From assembly GCA_041649615.1 (NCBI GenBank), contig JBAZMT010000005.1, positions 1 through 58,319 of the forward strand: 58,319 nucleotides of DNA, read 5' to 3'. This document shows positions 20,594 through 30,114 of this stretch, one piece after another (position 1 is the stretch's first letter; every line of letters begins with the position of its first letter). Made by a program: the position numbers and the translations under genes. Source of the DNA: Parcubacteria group bacterium. GTDB taxonomy: Bacteria; Patescibacteriota; Minisyncoccia; UBA6257; Colwellbacteraceae. The notes below the pieces were generated by a model. It saw only the letters and a program-made list of their open reading frames with translations, did no database searches and had not been told where the DNA came from.

Positions 20594-22660
20594 TTATTGG
20601 TTTATAACGGGAACGACGTATTCTTTCCGGTCCTTGAATTCGGATTGCTTGCCTTTGTTCCAATGTTTAACCGGTCGATAATAACCGACTACTCTTGACC
20701 AGATTTCGCATTCCGAACCGCATTTGGGACAGTTCTCCACTTCGCCGTTCAAGTATCCGTCCTTACTGCAGATGCTAAAGGTGGGAGTAATCGTGAAATA
20801 AGGAAGCTTGTAATTATTCGCTACTTTTCTCGCGAAATCGCGGCAAGCGCGCCAATCGGGAACGCTTTCGCCGAAGAAAAGATGAGCGACCGTCCCGCCG
20901 GTATATTTCGTTTGAAGTTCGTCCTGATGGGTCAAAACGGCAAGTGGATCGTCCGTGTAGTTAACGGGCAGGTGGGTTGAGTTCGTGTAATAAGGAGCTT
21001 CGTTCGGCCCTTGATGAATGATACCGGGGAACCGGCTTACGTCTTCTTTGGCAAAACGATAGGTGGCTCCTTCCGCCGGAGTTGCTTCAAGATTGTAAAT
21101 ATTTCCCGTTTCTTCCTGATAATCGGAGAGTTTGTTGCGGATGTGATCAAGCACTTCCAAGGCGAATTTCTTGGCTTCGGGATCCGAAATGTCCTTGTCC
21201 ATGAAATTCATAAGCGCTTCGTTCATTCCGTTTATGCCGATCGTAGAGAAATGATTGTGGAGACTCCCCAAATACCTTTTGGTGTAGGGCAAAAGTCCGC
21301 GTTCCATGTTCTCGTCAACCACTTTTCTCTTCATTTCAAGAGATTGCTTTGCGATATCCATCAGTCGTCCGACACTGTCCAAAAATTCTTTTTTGGTCTT
21401 TGAAAGATATCCTATGCGGGCAAGATTCAAGGTTACTACGCCCAAAGAGCCGGTGAGTTCCGCCGAACCGAAAAGCCCTCCTTGGCGGGCGCGAAGTTCC
21501 CGAAGATCAAGCTGGAGCCTGCAGCACATGCTGCGGACATCGGAAGGATTTAAACTGGAATTCACGAAGTTCTGGAAATACGGAATGCCGTATTTTGCGG
21601 TCATTTCAAACAAGGGTTTTACGTTTTCGTTCTCCCAGTCAAAGTCACGCGTGATGTTATAGGTCGGAATGGGAAAAGTGAAAATCCGGCCGTGCATGTC
21701 TCCTTCGGTCAAAACCTCAATGAAGGCTTTGTTTATCATATCCATCTCTTTTTGGCAGTCGCTATAGGTAAAATTAAGCTCTTCTCCGCCGATCGTCGGA
21801 TGCTTCTCCTTCATGTCCGGCGGACAGACCCAATCAAAAGTAACGTTTACGAAAGGAGTTTGCGTTCCCCAGCGAGACGGAGTGTTAATGCTGAACACGA
21901 ATTGTTGAATGCACTGTTTGACCCGTTTTTGATCCAGATTATCAATTTTCACGAGAGGGGCCAGATAAGTATCAAAAGAAGAAAACGCTTGCGCTCCTGC
22001 CCATTCGTTTTGCAACGTACCCAGAAAATTAACCATTTGAGCAACGGCCACTTCCAAGTGTTTTGCCGGTTTTGATTCCACTTTCCCCGGGACGCCATTG
22101 AATCCTTCTTCCAAAAGCTGGCGCAAACTCCAACCGGCGCAATATCCGGCAAAGAAATCCAGATCATGAATGTGAATGTCGCCCGATTTGTGCGCTTCCC
22201 TGATCTCTTCCGTGTAAACGTAGTTTAACCAATAATTCGCGACTATTTTTCCTGCGATCCGAATAATGAGTCCGCCTAAGGAATAGTCCAAATTGGCGTT
22301 TTCTTTTACTCTCCAATCGGCTTGTTCCAAATATTCCTTCATCGCGTTCTCCACCTCAATGACGACTCCTTTGGTCGCCCGCGCTTGAGAACGTTTCTCG
22401 CGATAAACGATGTAAGCCTTAGCCGTTTTCCAATAGCCGGAGCTCATTAAGGCGAACTCCACCACGTCTTGGATTTCCTCAACGTGAACGTCCGCCTTGA
22501 ATTTCTCCGCTTTTCCGAGATAGTGGGTAACGATTTCCGTTATTTTCCTCGCTTCAGCTTCTTTTAGTTCGCCGGTCGTTTCGGCCGCCTTCATTATGGC
22601 GTTATAGATGCGACCCTTATCAAACTCGGCTTTGGTGCCGTCTCTTTTTATTACCGTCAT
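20594..22660 (-). CDS. nrdD: Anaerobic ribonucleoside-triphosphate reductase (class III), with N-terminal ATP-cone
   Basis: 688 aa. The ATP-cone is VIKRDGTKAEFDKGRI. The C-terminal Zn ribbon is CPKCGS, with the glycyl-radical motif RVVGYYRPV. Confidence 0.93.
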   Translation of the reverse strand: MTVIKRDGTKAEFDKGRIYNAIMKAAETTGELKEAEARKITEIVTHYLGKAEKFKADVHVEEIQDVVEFALMSSGYWKTAKAYIVYREKRSQARATKGVVIEVENAMKEYLEQADWRVKENANLDYSLGGLIIRIAGKIVANYWLNYVYTEEIREAHKSGDIHIHDLDFFAGYCAGWSLRQLLEEGFNGVPGKVESKPAKHLEVAVAQMVNFLGTLQNEWAGAQAFSSFDTYLAPLVKIDNLDQKRVKQCIQQFVFSINTPSRWGTQTPFVNVTFDWVCPPDMKEKHPTIGGEELNFTYSDCQKEMDMINKAFIEVLTEGDMHGRIFTFPIPTYNITRDFDWENENVKPLFEMTAKYGIPYFQNFVNSSLNPSDVRSMCCRLQLDLRELRARQGGLFGSAELTGSLGVVTLNLARIGYLSKTKKEFLDSVGRLMDIAKQSLEMKRKVVDENMERGLLPYTKRYLGSLHNHFSTIGINGMNEALMNFMDKDISDPEAKKFALEVLDHIRNKLSDYQEETGNIYNLEATPAEGATYRFAKEDVSRFPGIIHQGPNEAPYYTNSTHLPVNYTDDPLAVLTHQDELQTKYTGGTVAHLFFGESVPDWRACRDFARKVANNYKLPYFTITPTFSICSKDGYLNGEVENCPKCGSECEIWSRVVGYYRPVKHWNKGKQSEFKDRKEYVVPVINQ

Positions 22661-22775
22661 GTTAGGAGTTACTAGTTAACTTAATTTTAGTCCCCGAAGA
22701 AGAAAGGACAAGGACGCAAAAAGCGAGCATTGAAAGGGGTGCCTTCAGTTGTCCACAGACGGGAATAATTTTCGC

Positions 22776-23240
22776 TTAACCCGCGAGCGGATTTAACGCT
22801 TCGGAGAGAAGACGAAACAGTTCTTCCGGAGTCGCGTGAAGGTAATTTCCTTCCTTGATTACCCTTACTTTACCCTCTTTTTCGGTTTTTGGGATGTCAA
22901 AACAGCCGATAATTTCGTGTAAAACGTTTGAAGGAGCAAGTAGGGCAATATAATCAAATTTTTCATTCCTCAGCTCGTCGTATTTACGGGCTAGAAGCTC
23001 CATAAACTGTTTTTTCTCGCGTTCCGAGACGTCATCCAAAACGCTGCCGCCGCGAAATAGGCCGCCGGGGGCGTTGTAAGTCCCTTCTTTGTCGGAATAT
23101 TTTATTTTTTCCAGAGAAACTAAACCGATGTCTTCCATTTCTCCGTTTTGAGTTTTAAATAATTTGGCACGTTCAGTTCCCGAAACGACGACCAATACTT
23201 TTTCGTTTTTAAATTGGTAAAAAATGCTCGGTATCTTCAT
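22776..23240 (-). CDS. Hypothetical protein (possibly a small eRF1-like/host-attachment-like fold; unverified)
   Basis: 154 aa with no diagnostic motif. The family resemblance is only an impression from KVLVVVSGTERAKLF... Confidence 0.4.
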   Translation of the reverse strand: MKIPSIFYQFKNEKVLVVVSGTERAKLFKTQNGEMEDIGLVSLEKIKYSDKEGTYNAPGGLFRGGSVLDDVSEREKKQFMELLARKYDELRNEKFDYIALLAPSNVLHEIIGCFDIPKTEKEGKVRVIKEGNYLHATPEELFRLLSEALNPLAG

Positions 23241-23334
23241 ATACTTTTATTTTAGCTCATTTTGACAAAAAGGGCGCGGAGTAGTTTAATCACCGTACGT
23301 ATTCTTAAAAAATTTTAATAGGAGGTTTTTATTG

Positions 23335-23928
23335 ATGGCCAACGCACGTAAGATCAGCAGGAGAGGTCAAATGGTCCTCACGCAGACCGAAGAGCAGCTT
23401 TCCCGGTTGAAGAGAATGGGATGTGACGACAGACGCCATTTCATGAAAAGGGTAAGAACGCTTCTCCGAGACACGCTCTTTCGTTATCTCTCTGGAGCCG
23501 AAGGTAGGGATGTAGGAGGGCGAGTTTGCCTAGTACCCTGCGAGCCGGACCGGCTTATGGGACCGAGCTATCAGACTTCAGAGGTGGACTTGGAGCGAGT
23601 GAAAAATTTGATCGCTCCGCCGCCAACACCTTATATCGTGTATCACGTAAGACCCCATGCAAAAGACGAACTGGCAATCGCTCCGGAGCGGGAGAAGAGC
23701 AGAAGATACCTTACTCTCGCGGAACTTTTGTGGTGGTACGAATACATGATGAATGCCCAAGAGTCGGATATTGAACTTTTCGGTTCAACGGTCTTTGCTC
23801 TGGGTTCAAGGGTTGACGATAAATACGTTGGCGTAGACTTCTCTTCGGGTGGCAAACCCCGATTGATTCTTTCCACAAGAGCCGATGGCGAAACGTGGAC
23901 GTGCATGAGAAAAGTTGTTTCCTTCTAA
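23335..23928 (+). CDS. Hypothetical protein
   Basis: 197 aa from an ATG preceded by AGGAGG at 9 nt (the track starts one codon earlier, at TTG 23332). It is followed by a strong terminator and looks GC-richer than its flanks by eye. I recognise no family. Confidence 0.6.
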   Translation: MANARKISRRGQMVLTQTEEQLSRLKRMGCDDRRHFMKRVRTLLRDTLFRYLSGAEGRDVGGRVCLVPCEPDRLMGPSYQTSEVDLERVKNLIAPPPTPYIVYHVRPHAKDELAIAPEREKSRRYLTLAELLWWYEYMMNAQESDIELFGSTVFALGSRVDDKYVGVDFSSGGKPRLILSTRADGETWTCMRKVVSF

Positions 23929-23940
23929 ATAAAAACCAAA

Positions 23941-23969
23941 AACGGCTATCTCTAAGATAGCCGTTTTTA
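23941..23969. terminator. Bidirectional rho-independent terminator between convergent genes
   Basis: A perfect 10-bp stem AACGGCTATC/GATAGCCGTT with loop TCTAA, an A-run upstream and a T-run downstream. Confidence 0.85.
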
Positions 23970-23970
23970 T

Positions 23971-24996
23971 TTATTTACAAACCGATTTAAGAAAGGATAT
24001 ATCTTCCGCAGAGAGTTTCGCCTCCTGGCTTATCATCTTGGGATACATTACAGAATCTTCCGTAGTTGCGTGCGGGAGACCCAGAGCGTGACCCATTTCG
24101 TGAGCGAGAATAACCACCAGGTCTTTGTCGTCGTAAAACTGATAAACGTCAATTGATTTTTCGCCGTTTTGCACTTTGTAATTGCCCGTGACAAATTCCT
24201 CGCGATCCGCCTGCAAACGATTATAATCTTCTATGCCTACGTTTAACGAGTTGGCAAGCCGGTTTGTCATTCCCGCAACGGTATTTACCTGTGAAACCAA
24301 TTCGTTATACGCGGCAATTTTTTCATTCAAATTGGTTTCTCTTATCTTTAGCGTTTCTTCTTTGACTCTAATTTGTTCGTAAAGATTATCTAGTTCTTTT
24401 TTCTCCGACATAATCCGGGAATATTCCGGTTCAGAGGCACCGCCGCGAGCGTTCCAATAAGCAACTTCGCTCTCATAATTTTCAACTTTAGCGTTATAGA
24501 GAGTATTTGCGGAAACAAGCTCGTTCTTAAGCGAAGAATACGCGTTTTCCAAGAAATCTATTTCTAGTTTTCGTGAGGTAAGTCCCCCAGACAAACTAAG
24601 ATATTCGTTCCGGGCCGCTTCGTATTTTCCTTCCGCGGAATTTATTCCCTCAATCTTATTTTTAAGCGCGATTGTTCCGGCTTGCCTGTCATCAAAAACA
24701 AGGTTGATATCCATGCGATCGGGAGAAGTGCTTTCCACAAAAACATCTTTTCCCAGGGCTGATTCCCAGAGCGTTTCCGCTTTTTTCACCGCTTCGGTAA
24801 ATTCACTTTTCGAAATGCTGAATTCGGGGTCTATCGTACCGATGCCGTACGGTATTTCCCCCGTAACGCAAAACGAAGTCTTATCTTGCAGAAAAAAGAA
24901 ATTTCTCGCTTCCGGATAAAAAATAATCGTTCCGATCAAGGAAAGAAGAGTAACGCAAAAAACGAGTCCCAGAATGATTTTTCGACGTTCCGACAT
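23971..24996 (-). CDS. Membrane-anchored matrixin-like (M10-type) zinc metalloprotease with a central coiled coil
   Basis: 341 aa with an N-terminal TM helix and the extended zinc motif HEMGHALGLPH followed by SVMYP (Met-turn). Confidence 0.75.
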   Translation of the reverse strand: MSERRKIILGLVFCVTLLSLIGTIIFYPEARNFFFLQDKTSFCVTGEIPYGIGTIDPEFSISKSEFTEAVKKAETLWESALGKDVFVESTSPDRMDINLVFDDRQAGTIALKNKIEGINSAEGKYEAARNEYLSLSGGLTSRKLEIDFLENAYSSLKNELVSANTLYNAKVENYESEVAYWNARGGASEPEYSRIMSEKKELDNLYEQIRVKEETLKIRETNLNEKIAAYNELVSQVNTVAGMTNRLANSLNVGIEDYNRLQADREEFVTGNYKVQNGEKSIDVYQFYDDKDLVVILAHEMGHALGLPHATTEDSVMYPKMISQEAKLSAEDISFLKSVCK

Positions 24997-25017
24997 GGTC
25001 CATCTAAATGATAACCT

Positions 25018-26031
25018 TTGACCCCTACCCTTACTAGGATGTATACATGTGGGTGTATGAGACTCGTTCTCTATCAGGAAATAATTTCGGAAAAGCTCAA
25101 GCGCCAGCAGTCAATCAAGGGACTTGAGTTTCACGCTTCCGGACACGCGGTGCATATCGGCAAAATATCGCCCGGATGCCGGGGATGTTTTACGCCGGAA
25201 CTTTCAACCGGAATGCAAATCGGCGCTCAGTGCATGTGCCGCTGTCCTTATTGTTATTACGATCCCGCAAGAAGAGACCAAACTCAGGGGGAAATAGATC
25301 GGATGTTAACGGATGTTTTTGCGAAGTCCTTGAATCCCACTTGGCGACCGATAATAGTGGCTCTTCAAAGTTCGGGAGAGACTTTGCTTTACATGGATCA
25401 GCTTGAAAGATTCGTAAAAGTGATCCGGGAAGCCGAAGTCAAAAAGAGACTCAATACCTATTTATACGTTTACACGAATGGCATTTTGGCGAATGAAGAA
25501 AATCTCTTGCGAATGAAAGACTGGGGAGTGCAAGAGCTTCGGTTTCATATCGCCGCGAGCGGTTTTTCGGAAGAAGTTTATCAAAACTTGGAACGTGCAA
25601 TTAAAAAAGGATTTACGGGCACGGTGGAATTGCCTTCTTTGCCCCATTATCGCGATAAATTGTTTGCGGCACTTCCGCGCTTAAACGACATGGGCGTAAA
25701 ACATTTGGATTTGGTGGAATGCCAAGTTACCAATTTCAACAAAAATACCCTCCATACGATGTTCCCCAAGGGGAGAATATATCAAGATTTCTTCATTCAT
25801 TTCTACGATGAGGGAATGAGTTACGACGTGATTGAAGAGACATTAAACAAGGGTTACAAGTTTTCGGTGCTTGATTGCAATTCCGGCGTTGAACGTTGCC
25901 GTCACGGTCCCGGAAAAGAAGTGGCGTTTGATATGAATTCCATTGACGGAATGTGCGCTCCATGGGATTACTACAAAACGAGCGGAATAAATAATGCTTC
26001 GCCCAAGTATTCAAGCGGCGAGATAAAATAA
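25018..26031 (+). CDS. Radical SAM domain protein (function unknown)
   Basis: The CxxxCxxC motif is in GAQCMCRCPYCYY, with an upstream CRGC pair and the TIM-barrel-like SSGETLLY. The start is uncertain (TTG 25018, ATG 25039 or ATG 25057). Confidence 0.7.
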   Translation: MTPTLTRMYTCGCMRLVLYQEIISEKLKRQQSIKGLEFHASGHAVHIGKISPGCRGCFTPELSTGMQIGAQCMCRCPYCYYDPARRDQTQGEIDRMLTDVFAKSLNPTWRPIIVALQSSGETLLYMDQLERFVKVIREAEVKKRLNTYLYVYTNGILANEENLLRMKDWGVQELRFHIAASGFSEEVYQNLERAIKKGFTGTVELPSLPHYRDKLFAALPRLNDMGVKHLDLVECQVTNFNKNTLHTMFPKGRIYQDFFIHFYDEGMSYDVIEETLNKGYKFSVLDCNSGVERCRHGPGKEVAFDMNSIDGMCAPWDYYKTSGINNASPKYSSGEIK

Positions 26032-26057
26032 AAACCGCGTAAAGCGCGGTTTTTTTG
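26031..26057. terminator. Rho-independent terminator
   Basis: AAAAACCGCG-TAAAG-CGCGGTTTTTTT lies between convergent genes. Confidence 0.8.
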
Positions 26058-26078
26058 TTAATCCACGCTTAACGCGGG

Positions 26079-26642
26079 TTAATCGTTCCAGTTTCCCGGA
26101 TGCGGACAGTTGGGATTCGGGCATCTATCTCTCCCAAAAAAGATTTCCGCCGGAGCGACGTAACCGCACTCCCAGCAATATTCATCTCCGGGTGTGCATA
26201 CATCCCCTCTCGGTACGTTCTTAATTCTAACTTTGCGTTCTTTAAAAACGTGATCCGGGGCGGCAAGCAGGCCAATAAAGAATTTGGTCACATAAAAAGT
26301 CCCAGCCGCGTCTTTTAAGACATAACAGGGCGGAAAGGACCGAAAAGTAAAACGGGGGCCAATTGCGTCCACTTGATCTATGAGATTAGAAAAGTTGTCG
26401 TCGGGTTCGAGAAGACCATTTTTTAAGAGCATTGCCCTTTCGGTAATTGTGAGCGCGCCCCAAAATCCTTTCTTCTTGAAAACGGCAAGAAGGCCTTCGA
26501 CCGCTTTTGTTGAATTGCCGAATCGAACGCAGTGTTCTTTTGGAATATTTTCCGGACGAATGTGATAAAAACGATAATCGGGTTTTTCCGTAAGAATATC
26601 ATCGAGTAAGATAAGTCCGCTCGGTTCCGAAAGACGAAACAT
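26079..26642 (-). CDS. Hypothetical protein with a C-terminal Cys-rich (zinc-ribbon-like) tail
   Basis: 187 aa with a strong SD (AAGGAGGG, 6 nt before the ATG). The C-terminus reads CTPGDEYCWECG...CPNPNCPH. Confidence 0.6.
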   Translation of the reverse strand: MFRLSEPSGLILLDDILTEKPDYRFYHIRPENIPKEHCVRFGNSTKAVEGLLAVFKKKGFWGALTITERAMLLKNGLLEPDDNFSNLIDQVDAIGPRFTFRSFPPCYVLKDAAGTFYVTKFFIGLLAAPDHVFKERKVRIKNVPRGDVCTPGDEYCWECGYVAPAEIFFGRDRCPNPNCPHPGNWND

Positions 26643-26699
26643 AAAAATCCCTCCTTTTTAAAAAAGCTCCGCTAAAGTTAAACTATCGGGCAATAAACT

Positions 26700-27710
26700 T
26701 CAAGCTATCGTTTCTCCCGTAATTATTGTCGCGTTAATGTAGGGTAAAGTTTTCTCGAGTCCTTTCTCATCGTGAGCAATCGCGTTGTCGTCAAAGATAA
26801 CGTTTATTTTTCCATTATTACCAGTTCCGAAAATCGTCCGCAGTTCATCAAGCGTTTTGTCAATAGACCACATTTGATTTGAAAAATCAAAAACTTTTTT
26901 TCGGTTCAATCCCTCGGGGTCGGTGTCGCTTTCGGCGAGAGTGGCGATTACGTTATTAAATTCCTCGGGAGAATAGGCGGTGATGCAGTTAATAAACTGT
27001 TTGTGTTCTTCCTGTTCCGTTTCAAGCACTATCGGAATGCATCCGTTAACGAGCGCTTCGCCAGCAACAAGGGTGATACACTCGGTTGTTGAGGGCACGA
27101 GCAGATATTCTGTTTTTCTCAAATATCCGGCGATATCTCCGACATTTGCGTCTTTAAAGCCGGTTTTCGCGATCGTGTCGGGCGAATAGCCGTCATCTAT
27201 AATATTTACGAAAACAAAATCCATTTTGATTTTATTTTCTTCCATGAATTTTTTGACGGAGGGATGGAACTTGGCTTCGCACCAGCGTCCGGCATAAACG
27301 AATTTGTACGGCCGGTCGCGTTCATATTCCCGCTTGTCGTAGGCGTAAGGATAAGTAAGCGGAAAAATCACTTTGCGGGCGTTTTGCTCCGGAAGAAATT
27401 GGTACTGATGAAGATAGTTTAGGCTAAGCTGCTTACAGAATACTGGTAATTCGGTGCCATCGTGAGAAATGTTAAAAATGTTATCCGCCGGAGATTTTAT
27501 AATCCGGTCAAAAGACAGTTTGTGGGCGGCGTTTAAGAAAACCATGTCGTAGTTACCGACCGTTTTGGATATGAAATTTTCCTGTTGATTGGCGCATTGG
27601 GTGTTCCATAAATCAATCTCATGACCGAGCTTTTTTAAAAGCAAAAGAAAAATGTAACCGATCTGTTCAATCCCCGATCCGCAAGTGGGGTTATGGTAGA
27701 GAATTCTCAT
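26700..27710 (-). CDS. GT-B fold glycosyltransferase-like protein (GT4-like C-terminal half)
   Basis: 336 aa. YLLVPSTTECITLVAGEALVNGCIPIV resembles the E-x7-E region of GT4 enzymes. The assignment is tentative. Confidence 0.5.
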   Translation of the reverse strand: MRILYHNPTCGSGIEQIGYIFLLLLKKLGHEIDLWNTQCANQQENFISKTVGNYDMVFLNAAHKLSFDRIIKSPADNIFNISHDGTELPVFCKQLSLNYLHQYQFLPEQNARKVIFPLTYPYAYDKREYERDRPYKFVYAGRWCEAKFHPSVKKFMEENKIKMDFVFVNIIDDGYSPDTIAKTGFKDANVGDIAGYLRKTEYLLVPSTTECITLVAGEALVNGCIPIVLETEQEEHKQFINCITAYSPEEFNNVIATLAESDTDPEGLNRKKVFDFSNQMWSIDKTLDELRTIFGTGNNGKINVIFDDNAIAHDEKGLEKTLPYINATIITGETIA

Positions 27711-27763
27711 ACGCTGATTTTACCTCACTCCGGAATGACTTGGGTAGTCCTCGAAAGAAAGGC

Positions 27764-28642
27764 TTAAAACGCACGTAAAGGATTTCCCGCAATGATTTGC
27801 TCCACTTCCTCAAATCCTACGGGAAAGGCAAAGTTATATCTCGCGGGAAGAGCAAACACGTAATTCGTGTTTTGACCAAGTTCGCTCGGAGGAATAGGCG
27901 CTGCTCCGACACTAAGACGTTCGGCTACGACAGCTTCCCATTCGGAATGGGTGAAAATCATAATGGGGATATCTTGCCTTGGCACATCTTCTGACCAGTC
28001 GGGATGTCTTATTGAAAGAAGCGGTCCCGATGTCGTTCCGGAAGAGCTATCTATGAAGTTTCCTTCCCAACCGCCTTTAACGATGGAGTACCCTTCCCAG
28101 CTATCAGGCAGGGTAAAATAAAAACCGTAGGTGTCGTTTCTATATTCCAAAGAAGGATTTTCATCAAACATAACCGCATTGATGAGCCATTTTTTTTCTT
28201 GCTTAACGATAGCGAGCGAAATGGGAATTCTCGCGGCTTTTCCTCCTTCCGTAGTTTCTACGCTCGTGAGCTCAATAATAAAGCCCTCAACCTTATAAGT
28301 GTCGTTTGACCTACTCATGCTCGTTATTTCAATGCGATCGGGCCAAGGACTAGAAGTGAGTCTCCCCGGTGTAATACTCGGGTCCGCTTCCCAAGCAGAT
28401 AAAAGAGCGGGTACGACTAATTCTTTGTAATTTTTCTCCATACTTTGCTTTAGTACATCCGCGGGAGCAAGCAAAGAAACGTTTTTAAGACGCGAACCAA
28501 ATTCCTCTATTACTTTTCTTGCGGCCTCTTCATCGTTTGTCGCTGGCACGCTCAAACGATTCATTCCGTAATAGACGAGACCCGCAAGAACGCTAAGTCC
28601 CAATAAAACCGTGATGATTTTAACTGCTAGTTTCATAGGCAT
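27764..28642 (-). CDS. Hypothetical membrane-anchored extracytoplasmic protein
   Basis: 292 aa with an N-terminal TM helix. I recognise no family. Confidence 0.55.
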   Translation of the reverse strand: MPMKLAVKIITVLLGLSVLAGLVYYGMNRLSVPATNDEEAARKVIEEFGSRLKNVSLLAPADVLKQSMEKNYKELVVPALLSAWEADPSITPGRLTSSPWPDRIEITSMSRSNDTYKVEGFIIELTSVETTEGGKAARIPISLAIVKQEKKWLINAVMFDENPSLEYRNDTYGFYFTLPDSWEGYSIVKGGWEGNFIDSSSGTTSGPLLSIRHPDWSEDVPRQDIPIMIFTHSEWEAVVAERLSVGAAPIPPSELGQNTNYVFALPARYNFAFPVGFEEVEQIIAGNPLRAF

Positions 28643-28705
28643 AATTATAACACCAAAAACCCGAACGTTTCGTTCGGGTTTTTGAATACAATCAGACTTC
28701 GGTAA

Positions 28706-29188
28706 CTATTCTCCAGGGCAAGCTGGAAATTCACAGTTTGGCCCTTCTCTTCCAACAGCCGTTCCGTCAGAGCAAAGTTTCGCGTCTTGAGTGCAAGCCG
28801 TAACTTGCGTAGCGACTTTACAATTCCTGAAATCCGCTTCTTCGCCGTTTTCAAGAATCAGGGCGTCATCTCCCTTATTCCAAAAAACAAACGATTCGTC
28901 GCTGTTCGCATATCTCGCGCCGGAAGCGGCAATAACTTGAGTCAAGTCAAATTTGCGGCCATCGCTTAAGACGAGTTTAACGCTGTCCGTAGAAACCGGC
29001 ATTTCTTCGGGTTCCACCGGAACAGATTCGCCTTTAAAGAACGAAGCTTCAATCGTCTTGTCATTTTCGCAAACGAAAGTGGCCGTCAGGGACGGAGTGG
29101 GAGAAGCTTTTTTCTCACCAAAGAAATACCAAGCGCCCGCTCCGAGCAAGAGCAAGACCACGATCAATATTATTATCTTTTTGATCAT
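28706..29188 (-). CDS. MliC-like (membrane-bound lysozyme inhibitor of C-type lysozyme) domain protein with a Cys-rich C-terminal tail
   Basis: 160 aa with a signal anchor. TFVCENDKTIEASF...VKLVLSDGRKFDLTQVIAASGARYANSDESFVFWNKGDDALILENGEE..NC follows the MliC pattern. Confidence 0.7.
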   Translation of the reverse strand: MIKKIIILIVVLLLLGAGAWYFFGEKKASPTPSLTATFVCENDKTIEASFFKGESVPVEPEEMPVSTDSVKLVLSDGRKFDLTQVIAASGARYANSDESFVFWNKGDDALILENGEEADFRNCKVATQVTACTQDAKLCSDGTAVGREGPNCEFPACPGE

Positions 29189-29982
29189 TGGATTTCCGTT
29201 AAAACTAATGTTTTGCCGCTTCCCGAAAGGGTTAACGTATCACCCGAGAGCGAAGCGGAGGCACCCGAGGTCAAAAGAGATTTCAACGCGTCTTCAATGT
29301 TCATCATTTCGGCCGGTTCAATGCAATACATGAGGGTTGAGGCCAACATTCCTCTTAGAGTGCTGTTTGTAAGAGCGAATCCGCCAAACATCGCATTGCA
29401 AACGTGCGCGTTAATGGAATTCTCGCTAAAGGCAACGGTATATTCGTAATCGAGATCGGTCGCAACGCCGTTATAGGAAGCTATGCGGAACGTTTTTCCT
29501 TCCAAGTCTTCCGTCTTGAGCGCTCCTTCGGAAGAGGTACTGGTGGCAGAAAGCATCAAATCAACGTTTTGTATCGGTTCTTCTTCTTCAAGAAGGAAGG
29601 TGGGAGTGTCGGTAACCCATCTCAATTCGTCATCCATAAAGATGCGCGCAAAGACGGTATAAACGTGACCGGAAATAATATCTTCGGGATTGTATTTTAT
29701 CGCGAAAGGAATCGGGACGTTTTCGCCGCTGGTGACGATATTTTCTTCGGCCACGATTTTTGCGGTCGCGTTGTCATCTTCTTCCGAAACGTCCCTTATC
29801 TGAACGTCAATAATGCTGCCTGAAGGCAACGCGATGCGTTCGCGATAGGACACGGTTCCCGTGAGTTCCGCGCTCGGGGCTTCGGGAACGGAAGGAGAAG
29901 GCTTCCAAACAAATATCGCGTAGATGGCAATCGCGACTATAATTACGCCGACAATAATTCCTAAGATTACTTTTTTATTCAT
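29185..29982 (-). CDS. YbaY-like plus META (HslJ-like) two-domain lipoprotein-type protein
   Basis: 265 aa. GTVSYRERIALPSGSIIDVQIRDVS is the YbaY-like part. LEGKTFRIASYNG...NSINAHVCNAMFGGF...TLMYC is the META-like part. Confidence 0.65.
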   Translation of the reverse strand: MNKKVILGIIVGVIIVAIAIYAIFVWKPSPSVPEAPSAELTGTVSYRERIALPSGSIIDVQIRDVSEEDDNATAKIVAEENIVTSGENVPIPFAIKYNPEDIISGHVYTVFARIFMDDELRWVTDTPTFLLEEEEPIQNVDLMLSATSTSSEGALKTEDLEGKTFRIASYNGVATDLDYEYTVAFSENSINAHVCNAMFGGFALTNSTLRGMLASTLMYCIEPAEMMNIEDALKSLLTSGASASLSGDTLTLSGSGKTLVLTEIQ

Positions 29983-30114
29983 TCGCTTATTTTTTATTTA
30001 AAACCTTTATTTAATTATACAATAAGCGCAATTTGGGTTGTGGATAAACATTTGCAACAGGAGTGCGCGAGTCAGCCGATAAAAAGACAGGGGCTATGAT
30101 AAAATGAAGTCGTT

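Noticed and set aside
20592-20663. Longer nrdG start at 20663, overlapping nrdD by 70 nt.
   Set aside because: The extra 24 residues have no counterpart in NrdG proteins. ATG 20591 sits right after the nrdD stop and precedes the conserved SLIDYPG motif.
22661-22775. A possible riboswitch (for example cobalamin) or NrdR boxes upstream of nrdD.
   Set aside because: The region is too short for a cobalamin riboswitch. I could not find the palindromic NrdR-box pattern or any known riboswitch core. It is noted only as a structured leader.
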